A stretch of DNA of 63,990 nucleotides, the filler included, from Dehalococcoidia bacterium (GTDB lineage: Bacteria; Chloroflexota; Dehalococcoidia; DSTF01; JACRBR01): assembly GCA_041494685.1 (NCBI GenBank). It is 3 parts of 3 records of this genome, joined end to end, with 100 filler letters (N's around TTAATTAATTAA, not from the genome) between each part and the next. Parts side by side here need not be neighbours in the genome. Positions count along the whole stretch, not along the records: positions 1 to 22,694 come from JBGQBE010000053.1; positions 22,795 to 44,714 come from JBGQBE010000054.1; 1 more part is not named here. One strand, given 5' to 3'. Below, in pieces: positions 18,965 through 30,300 of the stretch. Each line of letters opens with the position of its first letter. Positions within the stretch are counted from its first letter, which is position 1. Both the position numbers and the translations under genes were made by a program. The notes beneath the pieces are model-generated. The model saw only the letters and a program-made list of their open reading frames with translations, searched no databases and had not been told where the DNA came from.

Positions 18965-21415
18965 GTGGTCCTCGCCTGGTGGTGCGCTGGGTGGCTCGCG
19001 GGGACGGCCGCGGCGGCGACGTTCGGGCGCGGCGCGTGGCCGCTGGCGATCGCGCTGGCGGCGGCGCCGGCGGCGCTCGCGCTGTGGCGGCGCGACCGGC
19101 GCATCGTCCTGTACGCGGCCGTGCTGCCGCTGCTGTTCGCCGGTGCGGTCCTGCGCTACGACGCGACGCGTGCGACGATCGCGGCGGACGGCGCGGCGCA
19201 CTACAACGGCGGGGTCGCGATGCGCATCCGAGCCGTCCTGCGTGACGACCCCGACATCGGCGACACGTCGCAGCGCTTCGCGGTGAGCGTGCGCGCCGTG
19301 CAGGCGAGCGGCGATTGGGTGACGGCGTCGGGCGGCGCGCTGGTGCGGACGGGGCTGCTGCCGCGCTACCGCTCGGGCGACGTGCTGGAGTTGGAGGGAA
19401 AGCTCGAATCCCCGCCGCGCGTCGACGGCTTCGACTACGCGGACTACCTCGCGCGGAAGGACGTGCAGAGCGTGATGGCGTTCCCGCTCGCCCGCGTGAT
19501 CGGGCACGAGGACGACAGCTTGTGGCACGCCACGGTGCTGCGTGTGCGGCGGCGGCTCTCCGGCGCGCTGGCGCTCTCGCTGCCGGAGCCGCAGGCATCG
19601 CTGGCGCAGGGCGTGCTGCTGGGGCAGCGGTCGGCGCTGCCGCGCGACCTGGCGGACCAGCTGAACGCGACGAACACGTCGCACCTGGTCGTCGTGTCCG
19701 GCTCGAACGTCGTGCTGGTGTCTGCGTTCGCGATGCTCCTGCTGACGCCGATTGCGGGGCGCCGCCGCGCGCTGGCGCTATCGATCGCGGCCGTGGTGGC
19801 GTACGCAGCGCTGATCGGACTGTCGCCGCCGGTGCTGCGGGCGTTGATCATGGGCATCGTGATGGTGCTGGCGCGCGTGAGCGGACGGCGGTCGAGCGCG
19901 ATCACGGCGCTGCTCTTCGCGGCGGCGATCATGGCCGGGCTCGACCCGCAGGCGGTCCGCGATGTGTCGTTCCAGCTCAGCTTCGCCGCGACGGCTGGCA
20001 TCCTGTACCTGGCGGGGCCGCTGCGGCGCTGGTGCATCGAGTTGATCGCGCGGGCGCTGCGCGTCGAGACGGTGCCGCGCGCGGTCGACGCGGCGTTCGC
20101 GGAGCCGCTGTCGGTGACGCTGGCAGCGATCGCCGCGACGTCGCCGTTGCTGGCGCTGAACTTCGGGCGCATGTCGCTGGTGGCGATCCCGGCGAACGCG
20201 CTGGTGGTGCCGGCGTTCCCGTTCATCCTACTGACGTCGCTGGTGGCCGCGCTGGGCGGGCTGCTGCCCGGGTGGCGGCTGGTCGTGGCCGTGCCGGCGT
20301 ACTACCTGCTGACGTACTGGATCGAGGTCGCGCGCTGGCTCGCGTCGCTGCCGCACGCCGCGGCGGCGATCGACAGCTACTCCGAGCGCTGGACCGCCGT
20401 CACGTATGTGGCGATCGCCGCGCTGGCTGCGGTGGCGCTGCGGTTCGTGCCGCGGCCGGCGCAGTCGCGGCGCGAGCCGTCGCGGCCGCTGCGGCTGCCG
20501 CGCGCGTCGACGCTCGCGGCGTGCGCGTTGCCGGTGCTGGCGCTCGCCGGCAGCGGCGCGTGGGTGCTGTGGCCGTCGCCGCCGGCGCGGCTGCAGGTGA
20601 CGGTGCTGGACGTCGGGCAGGGCGACGCGATCCTCGTGCGGGCGCCCGGCGGCACCGACGTGCTGGTCGACGGCGGGCCCGGCGGCGCGGTGCTGCGCGG
20701 GCTGGGCGAAGAGCTGCCCTGGTACGACCGCTCGATCGAGATGGTGGTGCTGACGCATCCGCAGACGGACCATGGGCTCGGGTTGCTGGACGTGCTGCGG
20801 CGCTACGACGTGCGGCGCGTGCTGGCGGGCCCGGGCGTTCAGCCGGGGCTGCTGTCGCGCGCCTGGGCAGTCGCGGTGCGCGAGGAGGGCCGCGGCGTCG
20901 AGGTCGCGCGGCAGGGCATGAAATTCGACCTGGGCGGCGGCGTGCTGATGGAGGTGCTGGGGCCCGACGCGGCGATGGCAGCGACACCGAAGGTGAACAA
21001 CACGGGCGCGGTGATCCGGATCAGCATGGGCGAGACCAGCTTCCTGCTCGCCGCCGACATCGAGGCCGATGCCGAGCGGGCGCTGCTGGCGGACGGCGTG
21101 GACTTGCACGCGACGGTGCTGAAGGTGCCCCACCACGGTAGTCGCACGTCCAGCACGCGGGCGTTCCTCGACGCGGTGCAGCCGTCGGTGTCGGTGGCGT
21201 CCGCCGGCGTCAACAATCCGTACGGGCATCCTGCTTCGGACGTGGTGAAGCGGCTGCGGGAGTACGGCGACGTGTACGTGACCGCCCGCAGCGGCGAGGT
21301 GCACTTCGAGACGGACGGGCATACGCTGTGGGTGAGCACGCAAGTGAGTGCGGACGGCGACGCGGCGCCGGACGTGCGGGCATGTATCCTGCTCTCTGTG
21401 AACTGCGAACAGTAG
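18965..21415 (+). CDS. comEC: DNA internalization competence protein ComEC/Rec2
   Basis: OB-like region, [15 protein letters not shown], and a metallo-beta-lactamase domain ([22 protein letters not shown]). Confidence 0.92.
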   Translation: MVLAWWCAGWLAGTAAAATFGRGAWPLAIALAAAPAALALWRRDRRIVLYAAVLPLLFAGAVLRYDATRATIAADGAAHYNGGVAMRIRAVLRDDPDIGDTSQRFAVSVRAVQASGDWVTASGGALVRTGLLPRYRSGDVLELEGKLESPPRVDGFDYADYLARKDVQSVMAFPLARVIGHEDDSLWHATVLRVRRRLSGALALSLPEPQASLAQGVLLGQRSALPRDLADQLNATNTSHLVVVSGSNVVLVSAFAMLLLTPIAGRRRALALSIAAVVAYAALIGLSPPVLRALIMGIVMVLARVSGRRSSAITALLFAAAIMAGLDPQAVRDVSFQLSFAATAGILYLAGPLRRWCIELIARALRVETVPRAVDAAFAEPLSVTLAAIAATSPLLALNFGRMSLVAIPANALVVPAFPFILLTSLVAALGGLLPGWRLVVAVPAYYLLTYWIEVARWLASLPHAAAAIDSYSERWTAVTYVAIAALAAVALRFVPRPAQSRREPSRPLRLPRASTLAACALPVLALAGSGAWVLWPSPPARLQVTVLDVGQGDAILVRAPGGTDVLVDGGPGGAVLRGLGEELPWYDRSIEMVVLTHPQTDHGLGLLDVLRRYDVRRVLAGPGVQPGLLSRAWAVAVREEGRGVEVARQGMKFDLGGGVLMEVLGPDAAMAATPKVNNTGAVIRISMGETSFLLAADIEADAERALLADGVDLHATVLKVPHHGSRTSSTRAFLDAVQPSVSVASAGVNNPYGHPASDVVKRLREYGDVYVTARSGEVHFETDGHTLWVSTQVSADGDAAPDVRACILLSVNCEQ

Positions 21416-21428
21416 TCCGGAGGCACCC

Positions 21429-22163
21429 TTGCAACGACACGACGGCCGCAGGGCCGACCAACTCCGCCCGATCAGTATCGAGCCGGACTTCCTGAGTCAC
21501 GCGGAGGGCTCGGCGATGGTGCGCTTCGGCGATACCTGGGTGCTGGTGGCGGTGAGCATGGAGGATCGCGTGCCGCAGTTCCTGCGCGGTACCGGCGGCG
21601 GCTGGGTGACGGCGGAGTACGGCATGCTGCCGCGCTCCACGAACACGCGCACAGAGCGCGAGGCGTCGCGGGGCAAGCAGAGCGGCCGCTCGCAGGAGAT
21701 CCAGCGGCTGATCGGGCGGTCGCTGCGCAGCGTCACGAACCTGGATCTGCTGGGCGAGCGCAACTTCATCGTCGACTGCGACGTGATCAAGGCGGACGGC
21801 GGCACGCGCACCGCGTCGATCACCGGCGCGTGCGTGGCGCTGGCGCAGGCGCTGAACCGGCTCGTAAAGGACGGCGTCGTCGCGTCACTGCCGATGAACG
21901 GCCTCGTCGGCGCGGTGAGCGTCGGCGTGGTGGAGGGGCAGGCGCTGCTCGACCTGAACTACCCGGAGGACTCGAGCGCGGAAGTTGACTTCAACGTCGT
22001 GATGACGGACGACGGCCGCTTCGTCGAGCTGCAGGGTACGGCGGAGGGGCGCGCGTTCGAGCGCGCGATGATGGACCGGCTGATCGACCTGGGCGCGGCG
22101 GGCGTGCGCGAACTGAACGCGGCGCAGCGCGTGGCGCTGGGGTCGCTGGGCATCACGATGTAG
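21429..22163 (+). CDS. rph: Ribonuclease PH
   Basis: [25 protein letters not shown] and [12 protein letters not shown] motifs. TTG start with GGAGG. Confidence 0.96.
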   Translation: MQRHDGRRADQLRPISIEPDFLSHAEGSAMVRFGDTWVLVAVSMEDRVPQFLRGTGGGWVTAEYGMLPRSTNTRTEREASRGKQSGRSQEIQRLIGRSLRSVTNLDLLGERNFIVDCDVIKADGGTRTASITGACVALAQALNRLVKDGVVASLPMNGLVGAVSVGVVEGQALLDLNYPEDSSAEVDFNVVMTDDGRFVELQGTAEGRAFERAMMDRLIDLGAAGVRELNAAQRVALGSLGITM

Positions 22164-22170
22164 CGGCTGC

Positions 22171-22196
22171 GCAGAACCAAGAACCGAGAACTCTAG
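22171..22196. repeat. Single AGAACC(N) heptamer arm
   Basis: gc-agaacca-agaaccg-agaactc-tag. Near-identical to the reverse complement of 571-598. Confidence 0.7.
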
Positions 22197-22693
22197 GCGT
22201 ACTCGCCGAGGAACGTGCCGCCGATGATGTGCAGATAGCCGTCTTCGTCCGGCGATGAGGCGGGGCCGACGCCGAAGTCGGTCATCAGGCGGAAGCCGTT
22301 GGCGCAGTGGCGGTCGCCGAGTTCCGCCGCGACGCGCGACACGCTGGCGATAGCGTCCGACGTCCACAGCTCCGACTGGGTCAGCGGCTCCCTGTGTTGG
22401 GCAAGCAATGTGACGGGCTCGCGCTGTACCTTGTTGTGGTAGACGACCACCTGGTCGTCCTCGTAGTTGACGGCGTCGGGCGCCTTCGGGTACGGGTGCA
22501 GATACTTGCCGTCCACGACGTGGATGTGGGCGTGCGCCTGGCTCTGCATCGCGTGGTGGCCGAAGTTGCTAACGAGGCGGAATCCGTTGCCGCAGTGCTG
22601 GCGGCCCATCGCCACCGCCGCTCGTGAGACCTTCGCCAGGATGTCCGAACTCCACAGCTCGCCTTGGTAGAGGTGGACGCGCGGCACGGCGAG
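22193..22693 (-). CDS. Tandem HIT-like domain protein, 5' truncated by contig join
   Basis: Two similar halves: GFRLVSNFG...HAHIHVVDG and GFRLMTDFG...GYLHIIGG. Confidence 0.75.
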   Translation of the reverse strand, partial: LAVPRVHLYQGELWSSDILAKVSRAAVAMGRQHCGNGFRLVSNFGHHAMQSQAHAHIHVVDGKYLHPYPKAPDAVNYEDDQVVVYHNKVQREPVTLLAQHREPLTQSELWTSDAIASVSRVAAELGDRHCANGFRLMTDFGVGPASSPDEDGYLHIIGGTFLGEYA

Positions 22694-22694
22694 C

Positions 22695-22794
22695 NNNNNN
22701 NNNNNNNNNNNNNNNNNNNNNNNNNNNNNNNNNNNNNNTTAATTAATTAANNNNNNNNNNNNNNNNNNNNNNNNNNNNNNNNNNNNNNNNNNNN
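22695..22794. other. Artificial contig-join spacer (N44-TTAATTAATTAA-N44)
   Basis: Six-frame stop linker inside Ns. Genes are truncated on both sides. Confidence 0.97.
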
Positions 22795-22937
22795 CCGGCG
22801 ACGTTGCCGATGGCGCCGACGGTGACGGCGAAGAAGAACATCGGGATGAAGATGTTCGAGATCTCGAGCGCCGGCTGGCGCCACGTCTCACGCAGTGAAC
22901 GCACCACCAGGTAATAGGTGTCGGTTACCGTCCGCAT
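22795..22937 (-). CDS. ABC-2 type transporter permease, 3' truncated
   Basis: MRTVTDTYYLVVRSLRETWRQP... coupled to the upstream DrrA-type ATPase. Confidence 0.8.
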
Positions 22938-23920
22938 CAGCCCTTGCCTCCTGTCGGCGACCTGGCGCCGGCGTCGGCCTCCAGGTGGTGGCCGGTCTTC
23001 TTCAGGAACACGTCGTCGAGCGTCGGGCGCGCGAGCGTTACCTCCTGCGCGCGCACGAATGCCTGGTCGAGCAGCAGGACGAGCTTCGCGATGGCCTGGC
23101 TGCCGTCGCGTACGTAGACGACGACCGTGTCGTCCACGATGCGCGCATCGTCGATGCCGTCGAGGCGGCGCACGGCCTGCTCGGCGCGCGCGAGCTCGTC
23201 GGCTCCTCCCTCGATCTGCAGCGTGATGACGTCGGTGCCGATGCTGGCCTTCAGGGCGGCGGGTGAGCCCTGGGCGACGATGCGGCCGGCATCCATGATC
23301 GCCACGTCGTCCGCCAGCCGGTCGGCCTCCTCGAGGTACTGCGTGGTGAGGAAGAAGGTGACGCCCTCGGCCTTGTTCAGCTCCGCGACGTAGCGCCAGA
23401 TGGCGTCGCGGCTGATCGGGTCGAGGCCGGTCGTCGGCTCGTCGAGGAAGACGACGCGGGGGCGGTGCACCAGCGCCGCGGCGAGGTCGAGGCGGCGCTG
23501 CATGCCGCCGGAGTAGGTCTTGATGCGGCGATCCGCGGCATCCGCCAGATCGACGACCTGCAGCAAGTGGTCCACGCGCGGCTTCACGTCGGCCGCAGGG
23601 AGGCGGTAGAGGCGCGCCTGCAGCGTCAGCAGCTCGCGGCCGGTCTGGATGTCGTCCAGTCCCGCTTCCTGCAGCGCGACGCCGATCGCCTTCCGGACGG
23701 CGCCGGGCTCGCGCACCACGTCGAAGCCGGCGACGTGCGCGGAGCCGGCGGTGGGCCGGAGCAGCGTGGTGAGTATGCGGACCGTGGTGGTCTTCCCGGA
23801 GCCGTTAGCGCCCAGGAAGCCGAAGATCTCGCCTTCCGGGATGGAGAGATCGATGCCGTCGACGGCGCGTATGTCGCCCTTGAAGTGCTTCGTGAGTCCG
23901 GCGGCGGCGATAGCCGGCAT
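22937..23920 (-). CDS. DrrA-family ABC exporter ATP-binding protein
   Basis: GANGSGKTT, YSGGMQRRL, FLDEPTTGLDP, TTQYLEEAD and PTLDDVF motifs. Confidence 0.93.
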   Translation of the reverse strand: MPAIAAAGLTKHFKGDIRAVDGIDLSIPEGEIFGFLGANGSGKTTTVRILTTLLRPTAGSAHVAGFDVVREPGAVRKAIGVALQEAGLDDIQTGRELLTLQARLYRLPAADVKPRVDHLLQVVDLADAADRRIKTYSGGMQRRLDLAAALVHRPRVVFLDEPTTGLDPISRDAIWRYVAELNKAEGVTFFLTTQYLEEADRLADDVAIMDAGRIVAQGSPAALKASIGTDVITLQIEGGADELARAEQAVRRLDGIDDARIVDDTVVVYVRDGSQAIAKLVLLLDQAFVRAQEVTLARPTLDDVFLKKTGHHLEADAGARSPTGGKG

Positions 23921-24043
23921 AGCTTCCCTTTCTGCTGTGAACGGCCAGCCGCCAGTCTAGCGTGCCGTGAGGCGGCGGAGCAGGGGCGCCGAAGGTGCGC
24001 TGTTCGTAGCTGACGGCGGCGGAAGATCGGAGCGATGGCGCGC

Positions 24044-24073
24044 TTGTCAGGCGGGCTCGGGATTCCGTATACT
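24044..24073 (+). promoter_or_regulatory. sigma70-type promoter of the nusA operon
   Basis: TTGTCA-N18-TATACT. Confidence 0.6.
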
Positions 24074-24104
24074 GGCGGTGAACTCTGGAGATACTCTCTT
24101 TCAG

Positions 24105-24128
24105 GAGTGGGCTTGCGCCCACTTTTTT
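24105..24128 (+). terminator. rimP-leader-type attenuator hairpin in the nusA 5' UTR
   Basis: AGTGGGC-ttgc-GCCCACT-TTTTT. Matches the GAGTGGG..CCCACT form conserved upstream of rimP-nusA operons. Confidence 0.75.
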
Positions 24129-24152
24129 GTTCGTCTGGGGTCTGCGAAAACA

Positions 24153-25667
24153 ATGAAGAACGAGTTTATCACTGCCATCGCTCAGCTCGCCGCGGAGAAG
24201 AACCTCCCGAAGGAGGTCGTCTTTGAAGCGGTGGAGGTGGCGCTCGCGTCCGCCTACAAGAAGGACAACCTCGCCCAGTCCAACGTCGTGGTGAAGATCA
24301 ACGTCGAGGACGGGTCGATGCGCGTCTTCACGACGAAGACGGTCGTCGAGGCGCTGGAGGACGACAAGATCGAGATGTCGCTCGACGAGGCGCGCCGCAT
24401 GCGCGAGGACGCGAAGATCGGCGACGTGTTCGAGTTCGACGCGACGCCAGCCAGCGCCGGCCGCATCGCCGCACAGACGGCGAAGCAGGTGGTGCTGCAA
24501 CGGCTGCGCGAGGCCGAGCGCGAAGTGGTGTACGAGGAGTACTCCGGCAAGGAGGGCGACATCGTCTCGGGCGCCGTCCAGCGGCTGGAGGGGCGCAACG
24601 TCATCATCGACCTGGGGAAGACGGAGGCCGTGCTGCCGCCGCCGGAGCAGGTGCGCACGGAGCACTACCGCGCCGGCCAGCGCCTGAAGGTGCTGCTGGT
24701 GGAGGTGTTCAAGGCGGCCAAGGGGCCACAGGTCGTGGTCTCGCGCACGCACAAGGACCTGCTCAAGCGGCTGTTCGAGCTGGAAGTGCCGGAGATCTTC
24801 AAGGGCATCGTCGAGATCAAGTCGATCGCCCGCGAGGCGGGCTACCGCTCGAAGGTGGCGGTGTATTCGCGGCAGGAGGGCGTGGACCCGGTCGGGGCGT
24901 GCGTCGGCATGCGCGGCATCCGCATCCAGAACGTGGTGAACGAACTCAACGGTGAGCGCATCGACGTCGTCGTCTGGGACCCTGAGGCGTCGCGCTTCGT
25001 GGCGAACGCGCTGAGCCCGGCGCAGGTGGTCAGCGTGATGACGCACGACGAAGAGAACACGGCCGAGGTCGTGGTGCCGGACCGGCAGCTCTCACTGGCG
25101 ATCGGCAAAGAGGGGCAGAACGCCCGGCTGGCCGCGAAGCTGACGGGCTGGCGCATCGACATCAAGAGCCAGTCGGCCTACGAGGCCGAGCTGGCGGAGA
25201 AGGGCATCACGCCGGAGGAGGCCGCGGCGGCCGTCCGCGAGGAGGCGCTGCGCCGCTCGCGCGCCGCCGCCGCGGCACTGGCCGAGGAAGCGCGGGTCGC
25301 GCAGCAGACCCGGCCGCTGACCCCGGAAGAAGAGATCGCGCTGGAGTACGCGCAGCGCGAGGCGGTCGGCGAGACGGCCGAGCCGGAGCCGCTGGCGCCG
25401 GCCGCGACGACGGCGCCGGAGCCCGTGTCGGCACCGCCGCAGCCCGGCAAGGCAGGAATCCGCTTCGCGGAAGAGCTGGTGCGGCCGCCGATCGAGGAGC
25501 TGAAGGCCCCGGTGAAGAAGAAGGGCGCCGTGCCGGGCCGCCGCCGCGACGAGGACGAAGCGGCGCGGGTGGCCGCGCTCAAGAAGAAGAAGAGCGGCGG
25601 GGCTCGTCGCGTCGTCCTCCCGGAAGACGAGGAAGAAGACGACGAGTACTCCGACCTGATCCGGTAA
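24153..25667 (+). CDS. nusA: Transcription termination/antitermination factor NusA
   Basis: [28 protein letters not shown] and [18 protein letters not shown] motifs. Start ATG 24153. Confidence 0.97.
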   Translation: MKNEFITAIAQLAAEKNLPKEVVFEAVEVALASAYKKDNLAQSNVVVKINVEDGSMRVFTTKTVVEALEDDKIEMSLDEARRMREDAKIGDVFEFDATPASAGRIAAQTAKQVVLQRLREAEREVVYEEYSGKEGDIVSGAVQRLEGRNVIIDLGKTEAVLPPPEQVRTEHYRAGQRLKVLLVEVFKAAKGPQVVVSRTHKDLLKRLFELEVPEIFKGIVEIKSIAREAGYRSKVAVYSRQEGVDPVGACVGMRGIRIQNVVNELNGERIDVVVWDPEASRFVANALSPAQVVSVMTHDEENTAEVVVPDRQLSLAIGKEGQNARLAAKLTGWRIDIKSQSAYEAELAEKGITPEEAAAAVREEALRRSRAAAAALAEEARVAQQTRPLTPEEEIALEYAQREAVGETAEPEPLAPAATTAPEPVSAPPQPGKAGIRFAEELVRPPIEELKAPVKKKGAVPGRRRDEDEAARVAALKKKKSGGARRVVLPEDEEEDDEYSDLIR

Positions 25668-25668
25668 C

Positions 25669-25971
25669 ATGGCAGAGGCGAAGAGCGGGCCGCGACCGCG
25701 TCATGTGCCGCAGCGGACGTGCGTCGCCTGCCGCCTGACCGAGGCGAAGCGGGGTCTCGCCCGCATCGTGCGGACGCCCGAGGGGCGCGTGAAGCTCGAC
25801 AGTACCGGCAAGGCGAACGGCCGGGGCGCGTACGTACACGAATCGCGCGCGTGCTGGGACGAGGCGCTGAAGAAGGACCGGCTGGCGCGCGCCCTGAAGG
25901 TCGCGATGCCGCCGGACGACATGGAGCAACTTCGGGCGCACGCCGCGGCGCTGGCGCCCGACGAAAGCTGA
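25669..25971 (+). CDS. ylxR: YlxR (DUF448) family RNA-binding protein
   Basis: PQRTCVAC and GRGAYV motifs. Canonical position between nusA and infB. Confidence 0.92.
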   Translation: MAEAKSGPRPRHVPQRTCVACRLTEAKRGLARIVRTPEGRVKLDSTGKANGRGAYVHESRACWDEALKKDRLARALKVAMPPDDMEQLRAHAAALAPDES

Positions 25972-25993
25972 TCGCATCGAGAATCGAGCGTAG

Positions 25994-27775
25994 ATGACCA
26001 CGAACGCCGAACCCAAGACGCTGGAGATCCCCCGAGTCCTCTCCGTGAAGGAGCTGGGCGACCTGATGTCCGTCTCGCCCGTCGAAGTCATCAAGGAGTT
26101 GATGAAGAACGGCGTGATGGCCTCGATCAACCAGGTCATCGACTTCGACACGGCCGCGATCGTTGCCACCGACATGGGCTTCGAGGTGATCGAGGCGCAC
26201 GCCGCGGAAGCCGCGGAGGTTGCGGTGGACCGCGCGAGCGGCCGCCCGACGATCGAAGAGGACGAGACGAAACTCAAGCCGCGGCCGCCGGTCGTGACGA
26301 TCATGGGGCTTGTCGACCACGGCAAGACCAGCCTGCTGGATGCGATACGCGAAGCGAAGGTCGCCGCGGGCGAGCACGGCGGTATCACTCAGCACATCGG
26401 CGCGTACCAGGTGGAGATCAACGGACACGAGATCACGTTCCTGGACACACCGGGCCACGAGGCGTTCACGGCCATGCGCGCGCGCGGCGCGCAGGTGACG
26501 GACGTGGCGGTGCTCGTCGTGGCGGCGGACGACGGCGTCATGCCGCAGACGAAGGAAGCGATCGACCACGCGAAGGCGGCCGGCGTACCGATCGTCGTCG
26601 CGTTGAACAAGATCGACGTGCCGAACGCGAACCAGGAGCGCGTCAAGAAGGAACTCTCCGATAACGGCGTCGTGATTGAGGAGTGGGGCGGCGAAGTGCC
26701 GTGCACGCCCGTCTCGGCGAAGACGCGTGAGGGGCTCGACGACCTGTTGAGCAACATCTTGGTGGTGTCCGAGGTGCTGGAGCTGCGGGCCAACCCGGAC
26801 CGCGATGCGATCGGTATCGTCGTAGAGGCAGAGCTGAGCAAGACGCGCGGACCGCTCGCGACCGTGCTGGTGAAGACCGGCACGCTCCGGGTCGGCGATT
26901 ACGTGGTCGTCGGCGAGGCAACCGGCCGCGTGAAGGCGATGCTCAACGAGCACGGCAAGCGCATCAAGACGGCCGGCCCGTCTGAGCCCGCCGAGATCCT
27001 CGGACTGTCGTCCGTCCCCAAGGCGGGCGAGACGCTGTACGTCGTGGCGGACGAGAAGACCGCCCGGACGACGGTGCTCGCGCGCGTGCGCGAGCGCGAA
27101 GCGGCGGCGATGCACCAGCAGGCGCACGTGACGCTGGACACGCTGTTCGGCGAGATCAGCGCCGGCAAGCTCAAGGAGTTGAACATCATCCTCAAGACGG
27201 ACGTGCAGGGTTCGATCGAGCCGATCCGCACGTCGCTGGAGCGCCTGTCGAACGACCAGGTGAAGGTGAAGATCATCCACACCGGCTCGGGCTCCGTGAC
27301 GGAGTCGGACGTGATGCTGGCGATCGCCTCCAAGGGCATCATCATCGCGTTCAACACGGGAACGGAGGGCGGGGCGCAGCGCATCGCCACGGTCGAGAAG
27401 GTGGATATCCGCCACTACAGCATCATCTACAACATCGTGGAGGACGTCGACAAAGCGCTGAAGGGCATGCTGGCGCCGACCTTCAAGGAGGTCGTTACGG
27501 GGCACGCCGAGGTGCGGCAGGTGTTCCGCGTCGCACGCAAGAACTCGATCGCCGGTTCGTTCGTGCGTGACGGCTCGGTGACCCGTAGCGACTCGGCCCG
27601 CGTGATGCGCAACGGCGCGGTCATCGCCGAGGGCAAGCTCTCGACGCTGAAGCGCTTCCAGGAGGACGTGCGCGAGGTGGGCACGAACTTTGAGTGCGGC
27701 ATCCAGATCGATGGCTTCGACAGCTTCGAAGAGGGCGACGTGATCGAGTTCTACCGCATCGAGCGCGACACGTAG
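25994..27775 (+). CDS. infB: Translation initiation factor IF-2 (short form)
   Basis: [37 protein letters not shown] and DVQGS motifs. Confidence 0.97.
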   Translation: MTTNAEPKTLEIPRVLSVKELGDLMSVSPVEVIKELMKNGVMASINQVIDFDTAAIVATDMGFEVIEAHAAEAAEVAVDRASGRPTIEEDETKLKPRPPVVTIMGLVDHGKTSLLDAIREAKVAAGEHGGITQHIGAYQVEINGHEITFLDTPGHEAFTAMRARGAQVTDVAVLVVAADDGVMPQTKEAIDHAKAAGVPIVVALNKIDVPNANQERVKKELSDNGVVIEEWGGEVPCTPVSAKTREGLDDLLSNILVVSEVLELRANPDRDAIGIVVEAELSKTRGPLATVLVKTGTLRVGDYVVVGEATGRVKAMLNEHGKRIKTAGPSEPAEILGLSSVPKAGETLYVVADEKTARTTVLARVREREAAAMHQQAHVTLDTLFGEISAGKLKELNIILKTDVQGSIEPIRTSLERLSNDQVKVKIIHTGSGSVTESDVMLAIASKGIIIAFNTGTEGGAQRIATVEKVDIRHYSIIYNIVEDVDKALKGMLAPTFKEVVTGHAEVRQVFRVARKNSIAGSFVRDGSVTRSDSARVMRNGAVIAEGKLSTLKRFQEDVREVGTNFECGIQIDGFDSFEEGDVIEFYRIERDT

Positions 27776-27841
27776 CGGACGCAACAGAAACAGGACGGTG
27801 CGCCGCCCGCATACGCGGAGGCGGGCGCTGCCGAATCGGCC

Positions 27842-28201
27842 ATGTCCCGAAGAACTGAGCGTGTGAACGACCTCTTGCGCGAGGAGATCAGCGATCTCCT
27901 GCGCTCGGATCTGCGCGATCCGCGTATCGGCGGACTGGTGAGCGTGACGCACGTCGATGTCTCGCCGGACCTGCGGCGGGCGTACGCCTACGTGAGCGTG
28001 CTGGGCACGGACGAGGAGCGCGCCGGGACGATGCAGGCGCTGGCGCGCGCGCGACCGTTCCTGCGCCGCGAGCTATCGCACCGCCTGCGGCTGCGCTACA
28101 CGCCGGACGTGGAGTTCTTGAGCGACACGTCGATGGAACGCGCGCAGGAGTTGACCGACCTCATGCGGAAGACGGCAGAAGAGCGCGGGGAGACACTCTG
28201 A
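27842..28201 (+). CDS. rbfA: 30S ribosome-binding factor A
   Basis: RTERV, LRDPRI, VSPDLR and LRYTP motifs. Follows infB. Confidence 0.95.
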   Translation: MSRRTERVNDLLREEISDLLRSDLRDPRIGGLVSVTHVDVSPDLRRAYAYVSVLGTDEERAGTMQALARARPFLRRELSHRLRLRYTPDVEFLSDTSMERAQELTDLMRKTAEERGETL

Positions 28202-28202
28202 C

Positions 28203-28760
28203 ATGGCCTGGATAACCGGTGAGAAGGTCATTTTGCGGGCGTGGGAGCGCGAGGACGTGCACGCGCAGTGGGACGCCGCGCAGTCGCCGGATGCACGCGG
28301 CCAGCGCCTGCGCGACTGGCTGGAGCCGCCGCAGTCGCTGTTCCAGCGCGAGCAGGAGTTCGAGGCGAACCAGGCGGACAACGATCCGGCCGTCGTCCGC
28401 ATGATCATCGAGGCGGCGGGCCGGCCGGTGGGTGACATCGACCTGTTCCACATCGAGGTGCGGAACCGCAACGCCCTCGTGGGGCTGGGAATCTGGCGTC
28501 TCGAAGACCGCGACAAGGGCTACGGCACGGACGCGTTGCGTACGATGCTGCGCTGGGCGTTCCGCCACCTGAACATGCGCCGCGTCGAGTTGAGCGTGGA
28601 GCCGGAGAACGAGGCCGCCGTGCACATCTACGAGAAGCTGGGCTTCGTGCGCGAGGGGATGCGCCGCGAGCACCACTACGACGACGGCCGCTATCGCGAC
28701 GAGCTGATCATGGGCATCCTGCACCGCGAGTTCGAAGCACGAGACTGTGCCCCCTCGTAG
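28203..28760 (+). CDS. GNAT N-acetyltransferase (RimJ/RimL type)
   Basis: KGYGTDAL, LNMRRVEL, N.AAVHIYEKLGFVREG motifs. Confidence 0.9.
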   Translation: MAWITGEKVILRAWEREDVHAQWDAAQSPDARGQRLRDWLEPPQSLFQREQEFEANQADNDPAVVRMIIEAAGRPVGDIDLFHIEVRNRNALVGLGIWRLEDRDKGYGTDALRTMLRWAFRHLNMRRVELSVEPENEAAVHIYEKLGFVREGMRREHHYDDGRYRDELIMGILHREFEARDCAPS

Positions 28761-30291
28761 ACCGCCGTCCGGGCGGACATCCGGCGCGCCGAATCCGAAG
28801 CCGAAGCACGCCGCCCGCCGCGCCGCGGCAGCCGGGGCCGGCCCCCCAGCCGCCCTCGTGCGGGAACTCGCCAGGCGGACGGCGTCCGCCGCGGCACGTC
28901 CGAAGCATCAGCGCCGCCGTCTCGCCGGGTCGCCGGCGGAGCAGCCCACGGAGCGGCGGAGCAACGCGGGCGCGTCGCCGAGGAAGCCACGGCCGCGACA
29001 TGCCGCGGCTCCAGCCGGCGCGAAGGCGGCGCAGGAGCAGCGATCTGCGGCGCCAGCGCGACGCGCCGGGGCCCGTCCGAACGCACAGGCGACCACACGT
29101 GTCGCATCCAGCCGGCGAAAGGCCGGGCCGCGGCCCGGCGAGCCGACGGGCACGACGCCGCGGGCGCACCGTGGCCGCATGCCCGCCGCGCCGCGCCTGC
29201 CCCGGACGCTGCGGGTCCGCCGGCAGGCGATGGAGCACCCGACCTCCCCTGAGCCAACCTACTACGCGCTGACGGTCCCTGGCATGGAGGAGCTGGCGGC
29301 TGACGAGCTGCGCCGCGCCGGCGCCGACGTGCGCGGCGTGATCAGCCGCATCGACCGCCGCGACGGCGTCGTCCTGTTCGCTGCGCCAGACATCCGGCGC
29401 GCGCTGCGTTGCGGCACGCTGGAGGATGTCTGCCAGGTGCTGCTCGACGTGCCGACGCCGCCGGCGATCAGCGCGCCGAAGCAGCTGGCGGCGCTGCTTG
29501 ACCGCGTGGCGCTCGAAGCGGCGCTGGTGGCGCACAACGCGCTGCGGCCGAAGCGCCACGGGCGTTCGTACAAGGTGGTCTGTCGCGTCGCGGGAAAGCA
29601 CCCGTTCCGGCGCGAAGACCTGGCGCTGGCGTTCGAGCGGGCGGTGCACGCGGCGCTGCCGCGCTGGGTGGCGGTCGAGGGCAAGTCGGCGGTCGAGGTC
29701 TGGGTCCACGTAGCGGGGCCGCGCACGATCGTAGGGCTGCGGCTTTCGGGCGACGAACTGGCACAGCGCACATGGAAGCACGCGCACCTGCCGGCGTCGC
29801 TGAAACCGAGCGTGGCGCGGGCGCTCATACTGCTGGCGGAGACTCGCCCCGGCGATGTGATGCTGGACCTGATGTGCGGCGCAGGCACGATCCTGCGCGA
29901 GCGGGCCGATGCCGGCCCGGCGAGGCTGATCCTGGGTGGAGACAGCGACCGCGAGGCGCTGGCCGCGGCGCGCGAGAACGTGCGCCGCACGGCGGAGTTG
30001 GCGCGTTGGGATGCGACGCGCCTGCCGCTACGCGACGCCTGCGTCGACGCGGTGGTCACGAATCCGCCCTACGGCCGCCAGCACGAGGCAGTGCCGGGCA
30101 TCGACCGGCTGTACGCGCGGAGCCTGCGCGAGGCGGCGCGGGTGCTGCGCCCCGGCGGCCGCGCCGTGGTCCTGACGGGCGAGCCGGACGTGCTGTCGCG
30201 CGCGTTGCCGCCGACGCTGCGCGTGCGCACGAAGCGGCGGATGCTGCTGCGTGGTCTCGCCGTGACGGCGTTCGTGATGCTGCGCACCTAG
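28747..30291 (+). CDS. THUMP-domain RNA methyltransferase (TrmN/Trm14-like) with a basic N-terminal extension
   Basis: TVPGME, PASLKPSVA, DLMCGAGTI and NPPYG motifs. Alternative start ATG 29230. Confidence 0.8.
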   Translation: MPPRRPPSGRTSGAPNPKPKHAARRAAAAGAGPPAALVRELARRTASAAARPKHQRRRLAGSPAEQPTERRSNAGASPRKPRPRHAAAPAGAKAAQEQRSAAPARRAGARPNAQATTRVASSRRKAGPRPGEPTGTTPRAHRGRMPAAPRLPRTLRVRRQAMEHPTSPEPTYYALTVPGMEELAADELRRAGADVRGVISRIDRRDGVVLFAAPDIRRALRCGTLEDVCQVLLDVPTPPAISAPKQLAALLDRVALEAALVAHNALRPKRHGRSYKVVCRVAGKHPFRREDLALAFERAVHAALPRWVAVEGKSAVEVWVHVAGPRTIVGLRLSGDELAQRTWKHAHLPASLKPSVARALILLAETRPGDVMLDLMCGAGTILRERADAGPARLILGGDSDREALAAARENVRRTAELARWDATRLPLRDACVDAVVTNPPYGRQHEAVPGIDRLYARSLREAARVLRPGGRAVVLTGEPDVLSRALPPTLRVRTKRRMLLRGLAVTAFVMLRT

Positions 30292-30300
30292 CGGGGCTGG

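Noticed and set aside
22695..22794. TTAATTAATTAA palindrome as a biological site, and gene adjacency across it (same at 44715-44814)
   Set aside because: Identical six-frame-stop linker inside Ns at both sites. It is an assembly concatenation artefact.
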